From: Puniceicoccales bacterium
GTDB taxonomy: Bacteria > Verrucomicrobiota > Verrucomicrobiia > Opitutales > UBA9783
DNA length: 32,000 nucleotides
Direction: 5' to 3'
Assembly: GCA_031258545.1 (NCBI GenBank)
Contig: JAIRMU010000018.1
Span: forward strand, 1-32,000
Below the pieces are notes generated by a model that was not told the DNA's origin, ran no database searches, and was given only the letters and a program-made list of their open reading frames with translations. The position numbers and the translations under genes are program-made. Shown here one piece after another: positions 25,961-32,000 of the stretch (positions within the stretch are counted from its first letter, which is position 1; each line of letters opens with the position of its first letter).

Positions 25961-27506
25961 TTTGGGATGAGCCGTAAGTTTTAAGAATTGCTCGGTCATC
26001 AAACGGAAAAAATTGGTGGTTAATTTCTTGATAACATTCGTGTCCTTTTCCCGCGATGAGAAGGCAATCTCCCGATTTACAATTTGCAAATGCTTTGCGA
26101 ATGGCCTCTGCACGGTCTTCGATAAAAGTAACTTTGTCGGGGTATACCAACCCTGTCCTTATGTCATCAAAAATTTGGGATTGAGGTTCCGTCCGCGGAT
26201 TATCGCTCGTCACCCAATTGACATCTGCATAGGTTTCGGCAACACGGGCCATTAAAGGCCGTTTGGTACGATCACGATTGCCACCACATCCAAATACTAA
26301 ATGTATTTTCCCTTGCATTAATGGGCGTAAAGTTTGCAAAACATTTTTGAGCGCTTGAGGTTTATGGGCGTAATCGACGAAGACATCAATGCCATCGTTT
26401 TGAACGCTTAGGATTTTTTCCAAACGTCCTGGAATGGTGGAAAAGGTTTTCAGGGATTCAATGGATTGGGGTAGGTCGTACCCTTGTGCGTAGCAAACGG
26501 CTAAGGCGGCCAAACAATTATAAACGTTGAAGGTACCCAGAAGAGGCGTTTTAATCGTCCATTTCCCTTGTGGGCACACTAAATCAAATTGAGTTCCTTG
26601 TGAATGGACATGCACATTTTTGGCTTGTAAAGTAGCCGATGTATCAATGCCAAAAGTAATTATATTCAATGCATGCGGTAGGTCTTTGAGCAATTTTTGG
26701 CCATAGAAATCGTCTTGATTGACCACAGCGTGTTTGAGCCCTTTCTGCCAAAACAAAGACTTTTTTACCATAAAATAATTATCCATCGTATTATGGTAAT
26801 CCAGGTGTTCCGTACTTAGATTGGTAAAAATGGCGGTGTCAAATTGCAATGCGGCAACCCGTTTTTGTTCGATGCCGTGCGAAGAAACTTCCATGACGGC
26901 GTGTTTCAGTTGAGACTGTACCATCTCCCTCAGGTAAGCGGCAATGCTGAGTGCATCAGGCGTTGTTCTTAGGGCGGGTAAAATTCTTTTTCCAAGGTCG
27001 TAATGAAGTGTGCCCAGCAATCCCGTACCTTCGCAATGTGCGGTTAACATGTGCTTGAGAAGCCAAGAAGTGGTCGTTTTACCGCTTGTTCCGGTAATCC
27101 CCATGAGTTGCAATTGCGTATCGGGGTAATTGTAAAATTTGTTTGCGATTTGACCGAGGGCCTGCCGTACATCTTGCACTTGAATTTGGAGAATGTGTCC
27201 GATATGCGGGATAGGTTGTTCGCAAATACAGGCCACGGCTCCACGCCGATAGGCTTCTTCGATAAAATCGGAACCTTTATACCGTGTTCCCGGAATTGCA
27301 AAGAATAAAGACTCCGGTTGAACCATTTGGCTGTGTATGGCAAGATTCTCAATTTGTGGGTTACCTTTGGGCCCCATGATTTTTATAACTTCAACATTTT
27401 TTAGCAATGTTTTTAGGTCCACGGGTTGTGACATAAATTTGAGTAAGGGAAATGTAACGATGGGATGGGTAATGTAAACGGAAGAGAGTGGGTAAGTGTT
27501 AAACAT
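25938..27506 (-). CDS. murE: UDP-N-acetylmuramoyl-L-alanyl-D-glutamate--2,6-diaminopimelate ligase MurE
   Basis: Mur ligase P-loop GITGTSGKTTTSWL. The DNPR motif (VTSDNPRTE) is associated with meso-DAP specificity. A GKGHE motif lies near the C-terminus. Alternative start at Met25 (27434, MSQPVDLKTLL). Confidence 0.9.
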   Translation of the reverse strand: MFNTYPLSSVYITHPIVTFPLLKFMSQPVDLKTLLKNVEVIKIMGPKGNPQIENLAIHSQMVQPESLFFAIPGTRYKGSDFIEEAYRRGAVACICEQPIPHIGHILQIQVQDVRQALGQIANKFYNYPDTQLQLMGITGTSGKTTTSWLLKHMLTAHCEGTGLLGTLHYDLGKRILPALRTTPDALSIAAYLREMVQSQLKHAVMEVSSHGIEQKRVAALQFDTAIFTNLSTEHLDYHNTMDNYFMVKKSLFWQKGLKHAVVNQDDFYGQKLLKDLPHALNIITFGIDTSATLQAKNVHVHSQGTQFDLVCPQGKWTIKTPLLGTFNVYNCLAALAVCYAQGYDLPQSIESLKTFSTIPGRLEKILSVQNDGIDVFVDYAHKPQALKNVLQTLRPLMQGKIHLVFGCGGNRDRTKRPLMARVAETYADVNWVTSDNPRTEPQSQIFDDIRTGLVYPDKVTFIEDRAEAIRKAFANCKSGDCLLIAGKGHECYQEINHQFFPFDDRAILKTYGSSQNDSLQVV

Positions 27507-27511
27507 ACGAT

Positions 27512-29206
27512 TTACGAAATATGAGGTTCGGGCGGGATTCCCAAGTAGGCAATGATACCTTCGGCAATTTCTTTGAAAATGGGAGAGGCGATTTGTGCAC
27601 CGTAGGCGGTACCTTGACTTTGTGGACTATCGACGGTGATGGTGATTTGTATTTGTGGATTTTGACTGGGGAAAAATCCAGATATGGAGGAGACGTGTTG
27701 GGTGTGTGAGTATTTGCCATCGGTAATTTTCTGCGAAGTTCCCGTTTTCCCTGCCACAAAGTAGTGAGGGATATAGGCTTTTGAAGATGTTGTATGGGTG
27801 AGCAATTGTCGCATTTTTTTAGCGGTTTGTTCCTGGATAACTTGTCTGCGTACAACGGGCGAGAACGTCCGCATGATCTCTCCATTGGAATCGTAAATGC
27901 GTTTGACAAGTTGCGGGTACATGAGTTTGCCATCATTGGCGATAACGCCCATGGCATAGTGCATTTGGATGAGAGAGCATGCGAGTGCGTGTCCGATGGG
28001 AAGGCGGGTTATGGTAAGTCCGTCCCATCGATGGGGTGGATGCAATATACCTCGGGTTTCTCCCGCAAATCCCGATTTTGTTGATTCGCCAAATCCGAAA
28101 CGTTGCCCGTAATCAAATAGTTTGTCCGCACCCAATTTAAAGGCAATTTGTACGATGCCACGATTGCTTGAATGGGCTAAAATATCGGCAACAGACATGC
28201 GTTGATTGAAAGGTCTCCAATCTTTGGGCAAAGGTAACATTTTTCCCTTGTATTCGGCGGTTTGTAATCCGCAGTCAAATAGGTCAGTTTCCTGCACGCT
28301 GTGGGTATCCAATGCGGCGCTGACGGTGATGGCCTTAAATACAGAACCGGGTTCGTAAACGTCCGATACAACCTTATTTTTTAAATTTTCTGGCGGGTAG
28401 CGTCCGTAATGGTTCGGGTCAAATCCCGGGTAAACGACCAGTGCCAAAATTTCGCCGGACCTGGGCCTTGTAACCAAAGCTTGGATGGATTTTGGATGAT
28501 ATTTTTCATCAGCCTTTTCTAGAATCTGTGCCACCAGCGCTTGAATTTTTGTATCGAGCGTAATTTCTATGTTGTGGCCGTGTTGTGGGGCAATGGCGTG
28601 CGTACGAAATTGTACCAATTCATTGCGTTTGCCATCCACTTCGAGTCGATTTTCGCCCGCTTGCCCGTTGAGATAGAAATGCATGGAACGTTCAATCCCG
28701 CAAACGGGCTGGCCTTCGCGATCAACAAAACCGATAATGTGTCCCAAAGAATGCGTATCGAAGTAAATGCGCAAATTTTTTGCATTTCCGTAAACACCTT
28801 TTATTTGCAGTGCGCAAATTTTTTGATAAACGGTTTCGGGAACGTTGTCTCTGATTTTTTTCCAACGACATGGAGTATTGAAATTCCAGATGGACTCCAA
28901 GTGAGGGAGGGAGACTTTCAATAACTTTGCCAGCGGTGTGAGTTGAAATAAATCTTTTTCCTGCACCTGGGTTAGGTCAACGCCCACTTCGTAAACACGC
29001 CGATTACTGGCCAAACATTGGCCGGTGCTGTCGAAGATTTTTCCCCGTTGTGCATTTAAAACGTGCGTACGTTGGCGAGCTTGTAGGGTATTTTGGTAGG
29101 CATTTCTATGTTGGTATAAATGTAGGGTACGTGCACCCAAAACGAGGAATCCAAATGCGAATGTACTTGGCAGTAGGAGGTAGCGTTTTGAGCACAGAGG
29201 TAACAT
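27512..29206 (-). CDS. ftsI: Class B penicillin-binding protein / peptidoglycan D,D-transpeptidase FtsI
   Basis: 564 aa. N-terminal TM anchor and a PBP dimerisation domain. Transpeptidase motifs SVFK (SxxK), SSN (SxN) and KTGT (KTG). Position is between ftsL and murE. Confidence 0.9.
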   Translation of the reverse strand: MLPLCSKRYLLLPSTFAFGFLVLGARTLHLYQHRNAYQNTLQARQRTHVLNAQRGKIFDSTGQCLASNRRVYEVGVDLTQVQEKDLFQLTPLAKLLKVSLPHLESIWNFNTPCRWKKIRDNVPETVYQKICALQIKGVYGNAKNLRIYFDTHSLGHIIGFVDREGQPVCGIERSMHFYLNGQAGENRLEVDGKRNELVQFRTHAIAPQHGHNIEITLDTKIQALVAQILEKADEKYHPKSIQALVTRPRSGEILALVVYPGFDPNHYGRYPPENLKNKVVSDVYEPGSVFKAITVSAALDTHSVQETDLFDCGLQTAEYKGKMLPLPKDWRPFNQRMSVADILAHSSNRGIVQIAFKLGADKLFDYGQRFGFGESTKSGFAGETRGILHPPHRWDGLTITRLPIGHALACSLIQMHYAMGVIANDGKLMYPQLVKRIYDSNGEIMRTFSPVVRRQVIQEQTAKKMRQLLTHTTSSKAYIPHYFVAGKTGTSQKITDGKYSHTQHVSSISGFFPSQNPQIQITITVDSPQSQGTAYGAQIASPIFKEIAEGIIAYLGIPPEPHIS

Positions 29207-29517
29207 TATTTAGCTGCAATGTGCGGGAGATTTGAAGGATTTACTTGTGGCTGAGCCCAAATCGTTTGCCGGTGGGAGGGCTGTTGCAGATGTTGGCAAT
29301 GTCGCTTCAAATAATCTGTTGATTGGATTTGGGATATGCGTAAATCCGTTTGCTGTATTTCTTGACCTAGCAGCGATAATTCTTTTTCCAAATGTTTTCC
29401 GTAAGAAGCTTGCAAGTAAACTTGCTGTCGCATCCACAGGAGTCCGAAGGCTCCCGTAATGGTTAGACTGAGTGCGAAAATTAAACAACAGGCACATTTT
29501 GAGGGGATGATTTTCAT
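29206..29517 (-). CDS. ftsL: Cell division protein FtsL-like (small bitopic coiled-coil protein)
   Basis: 103 aa. TM helix CACCLIFALSLTITGAFGLLW followed by heptad-like LEKELSLLGQEIQQTDLRISQIQ. Conserved position between rsmH and ftsI, with a 4-nt overlap with rsmH and a 1-nt overlap with ftsI. The call rests on synteny and topology, not sequence identity. Confidence 0.6.
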   Translation of the reverse strand: MKIIPSKCACCLIFALSLTITGAFGLLWMRQQVYLQASYGKHLEKELSLLGQEIQQTDLRISQIQSTDYLKRHCQHLQQPSHRQTIWAQPQVNPSNLPHIAAK

Positions 29518-30434
29518 AAATTTTTTTGAATAGCACGGAGTTTGGCCGAACGTGACCGCGGGTTGGAACTAATTTCATTGTCGTCGGCAACAATGGGTTT
29601 TTTAAACATTAGGGATGCTTGCGCTTGTTTGAACTGTCGCGGTTCTGCATCGAGGCAATGGAGACTTTTGCCGCATTTTTCGTTAAAAAATTGTTTCACA
29701 ATACGATCTTCGAGGGAATGAAAGGTAATAACGGCCAAAATTCCACCTGGATTCAGGCAGTCAAAGGCTTGCGTTAGCCCATCTTGTAAATGATCCAGCT
29801 CTTGGTTGACGTAGATGCGTATTCCTTGGAAGACGCGGGTTGCAGGATGTATGCCCGGTTTTTTGGACCGCCGTAACGTCGTATGCTCGAGTAAAAAATG
29901 GACAAGATCGAAGGTTGTTTCCAAGGATATTGAATGGCGCAGCGAGAGGATTTGTTTTACGACGGAGCGCCATTGGGGCTCTTCTCCAAAATCGCGAATG
30001 GCCTTAATCAACTCCTGTTCGCTACCGGTTTCCAAAAAAACTTTTGCCGATATACCTTCGCGGGAATTCATGCGCATGTCCAAAGGACCGTCCTGTTGAA
30101 AGGAAAAGCCGCGTTGTGCCTGATCGAGTTGGAATGAAGAGACCCCTAAGTCCATTAGAACACCGTCAAACTGCAGGCAAAACAGATTGAGGTATGAAAA
30201 ATTACAGTGGAAGAATTGAAACCTGTGTTGGAATGTGGGTCGAATATCCTTGGTGCGCGACATTGCGTCCAGATCCGTGTCTAAACCGATAATGTGGATA
30301 TGTTTGTTTTGTTCCAATAGTGCCCTCGTGTGTCCACCGCCTCCACATGTGGCGTCTAGGATGGTTCCATTAACGTCTTTGAAACAACGTAGGACTGCAT
30401 CTTTGAGCACCGGAATGTGTTTTAATTCATTCAT
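29514..30434 (-). CDS. rsmH: 16S rRNA (cytosine1402-N4)-methyltransferase RsmH (MraW)
   Basis: 306 aa. HIPVL, DATCGGGGHTRALL, DLGVSSFQLD, RGFSF..DGPLDMRM, FHSLEDRIVK and NPRSRSAKLR motifs. Confidence 0.95.
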   Translation of the reverse strand: MNELKHIPVLKDAVLRCFKDVNGTILDATCGGGGHTRALLEQNKHIHIIGLDTDLDAMSRTKDIRPTFQHRFQFFHCNFSYLNLFCLQFDGVLMDLGVSSFQLDQAQRGFSFQQDGPLDMRMNSREGISAKVFLETGSEQELIKAIRDFGEEPQWRSVVKQILSLRHSISLETTFDLVHFLLEHTTLRRSKKPGIHPATRVFQGIRIYVNQELDHLQDGLTQAFDCLNPGGILAVITFHSLEDRIVKQFFNEKCGKSLHCLDAEPRQFKQAQASLMFKKPIVADDNEISSNPRSRSAKLRAIQKNL

Positions 30435-30438
30435 CCTG

Positions 30439-30894
30439 CTATAATCCCAATGTTTTTAAAAGTTGGCTCATCTCGTTCTCGTCTTCGAGGGGCGAAGCCA
30501 GGTATTGCGTGTAGGCTTCGGATTCCCAGATGTTAAAGGTGGCGTAACTACCCACCAGCAATGCATTTTTAGCTATACCCGCATGCCGAATAAGTTTTTC
30601 CGAAAGAATAATACGTCCTTGTTTGTCGCATCCGAATGTGTCTGCTTGGGAAAATAATTTTGCCAGCACTTTTTGGCCACGCGTGTCGCCCAAACTGACG
30701 GCCGATACTTTTTCTTCCAGCCTTTCGATCATTTTTGGCGGATAGATGGTGATGCAGCCCAATGGATTTGGAAGAGCCAGATAAACGTCTTCTTGATCGC
30801 CGGAAAATCGCCACTTTGAAGGTATACACAGGCGATTTTTTGCATCCAATTGATGCAAGAATTCACCTACGAATACACTTTTGCCGACAACCAT
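30439..30894 (-). CDS. mraZ: Transcriptional regulator MraZ
   Basis: 151 aa. Duplicated SpoVT/AbrB-like halves with DAKNRLCIPSKWR and DKQGRIILSEKL motifs. First gene of the dcw cluster. Confidence 0.95.
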   Translation of the reverse strand: MVVGKSVFVGEFLHQLDAKNRLCIPSKWRFSGDQEDVYLALPNPLGCITIYPPKMIERLEEKVSAVSLGDTRGQKVLAKLFSQADTFGCDKQGRIILSEKLIRHAGIAKNALLVGSYATFNIWESEAYTQYLASPLEDENEMSQLLKTLGL

Positions 30895-30901
30895 GCCTTT
30901 G

Positions 30902-30946
30902 CCCCCACTTTACTCCATTAGGCCCCATTTTGTCCCACAAGTCAAC
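30902..30946 (-). promoter_or_regulatory. Putative mraZ promoter with phased TGGG(G) boxes (candidate MraZ operator)
   Basis: On the coding (minus) strand: TTGACT (30945-30940), a 17-nt spacer, then CCTAAT (30922-17). GTGGGA, TGGGG and GTGGGGG boxes have their complementary CCCA cores ending at 30937, 30927 and 30907, a spacing of 10 and 20 bp. The proximal box may simply be the ribosome-binding site. Confidence 0.35.
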
Positions 30947-31248
30947 AAAATTTTGTGATTTACAATTATTTTTATGCGGTAAAAATTTGTGCCCTAGTTT
31001 TTTTCCAAAAAGTGGTTAGGTTGTACTTTTTTGAGGGGTGATCATGACTTGCACCAATGTGTATTTGCCGAACTTAACGGTGTCTGCACTACACTACATT
31101 TGAATACCTGGCGGGTACAAATAATGCGGTGTGGAGGTGGAGTTTTTTATAAGTATTAAAAAACAACTGCAATGCGTTTACCATCATCGACGATGTTTTG
31201 CGGCAAAATTTTATTGCAGGCGCTCGTGTGAGCCCTTAAACTTTTTCC

Positions 31249-32000
31249 ATGGGTTCGCAATGTAAGATGAAACAAAAAGAGTGTGGAAATAGTTTTTTTG
31301 CTTCCATTATATTCATATTCATCTTAGCAGGGACTTTGAGAATCTGTTGCAACACGACGATGCATGAAGCCCGATTAAGTGCCATTTTTGTTCAGGAAAC
31401 GCAGGGGTACTATCTCATGGAAAATGCAATGCACTTGGTGCGTGATTACGCGTATCAGTTGACGCAGAATCCCAAGATGCCAAATATTTTTCTGGGTGTT
31501 GATGCCTACAAACGTAAGACAAATAGCGGTGTGATTAATTTTAATACATCTTTTAGCAAAGTGCAAATTGCGCCTGCAGATTTTTCATTGCAACCGGGGA
31601 CATGGGCAATTTTTGGAGGTCCTATCTTTTGGCAGGATAAAAAGAAAGATGCGAACGACGAACGTTACTTATCCGAAGTATTTATGCTGCTTGATTTAGG
31701 CATTGTTTCCAATTTTGTTCCCAGTTGGACCATGCGTATGGTTCAATTAATGGAAATTGAACGCAATCCACTGTGCGACTTTCAACTATACTCCGAAGGT
31801 GACACGGCTTATAATGGCAATCTTGATGGCTCGGTTACGTTTCATGGTCCTATCCAAATTAACGGTAATTTTCGTATATCCAGATATACTGGCAAAGGAT
31901 CGTCTTCAACATATTTTTTCAATAGATTCAACATGGCGGGGCATTTGTTGCGCGTTAAGCAGAATGGAGAATCCTATGCATCGATATCTATTCCTTCTAA
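31249..32000 (+). CDS. 5' part of a hypothetical membrane-anchored/secreted protein (partial, runs off the right edge)
   Basis: The frame is open from the stop at 31237-31239 to the window end. ATG at 31249 or 31267 (MKQKECGNSFFASIIFIFILAGTL...). The N-terminal basic stretch plus hydrophobic helix resembles a signal anchor or PilX/GspK-type pseudopilin N-terminus. The downstream region is Asn/Gly-rich (GNLDGSVTFHGPIQINGNFRI). Missing from the ORF track because it has no in-window stop. Confidence 0.5.
   Translation, partial: MGSQCKMKQKECGNSFFASIIFIFILAGTLRICCNTTMHEARLSAIFVQETQGYYLMENAMHLVRDYAYQLTQNPKMPNIFLGVDAYKRKTNSGVINFNTSFSKVQIAPADFSLQPGTWAIFGGPIFWQDKKKDANDERYLSEVFMLLDLGIVSNFVPSWTMRMVQLMEIERNPLCDFQLYSEGDTAYNGNLDGSVTFHGPIQINGNFRISRYTGKGSSSTYFFNRFNMAGHLLRVKQNGESYASISIPS

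Noticed and set aside
27499-27957. 152-aa minus-strand ORF overlapping ftsI, and the 127-aa ORF at 29210-29593 overlapping ftsL/rsmH
   Set aside because: These are alternate frames of strongly supported dcw genes. Pro/Ser/Lys-rich nonsense translations.
1-32000. Scan for tRNA, rRNA, tmRNA/RNase P-like conserved blocks and CRISPR-like regularly spaced repeats
   Set aside because: No GTTCGAATC-type T-arm contexts, rRNA-like conserved stretches or arrays of evenly spaced direct repeats were seen in any intergenic region. This was by-eye only, so tRNAscan-SE, Infernal and a CRISPR finder should confirm.

Overview
This window is mostly a housekeeping chromosomal segment from a moderately AT-rich, diderm-type bacterium. 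Both LPS genes (an MsbA-like exporter, a GT9 heptosyltransferase) and meso-DAP peptidoglycan genes are present. Gene content and the degree of protein divergence look PVC-like (Verrucomicrobia/Lentisphaerae), but that is only a guess.

I can support about 27 protein-coding genes:
- floA plus a small membrane protein
- an MsbA-like ABC exporter, divergent from an AlkZ/YcaQ-family glycosylase
- an aromatic amino-acid permease
- a highly divergent ftsZ standing alone, downstream of a CHASE2 adenylate cyclase
- tadA, priA, a lipoprotein, and nusB-ftsY-rmuC
- pilD translationally coupled to a prepilin-like gene
- a heptosyltransferase, pntAB-pntB (no pntAA) and ruvB
- a frameshifted IS200/IS605 tnpA relic and an M24 Xaa-Pro peptidase
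- the proximal half only of a dcw cluster (mraZ-rsmH-ftsL-ftsI-murE-murF)
- two edge-truncated ORFs that are missing from the supplied ORF track

Genes are tightly packed, with many 1-23 nt overlaps. I found no rRNA, tRNA or CRISPR array.

I see no clear novel multi-gene system. The most unusual items are:
- the orphan FtsZ, which keeps the T4 motif and an FtsA-docking-like tail but has apparently degenerate T1 and T7 loops
- the dcw cluster broken after murF, next to an IS200 relic
- the orphan pilD-pilin pair
- the exporter/crosslink-glycosylase divergent pair
- several structured or repeated intergenic elements

All alignments, motif calls and coordinates were made by eye from the sequence and need computational confirmation.
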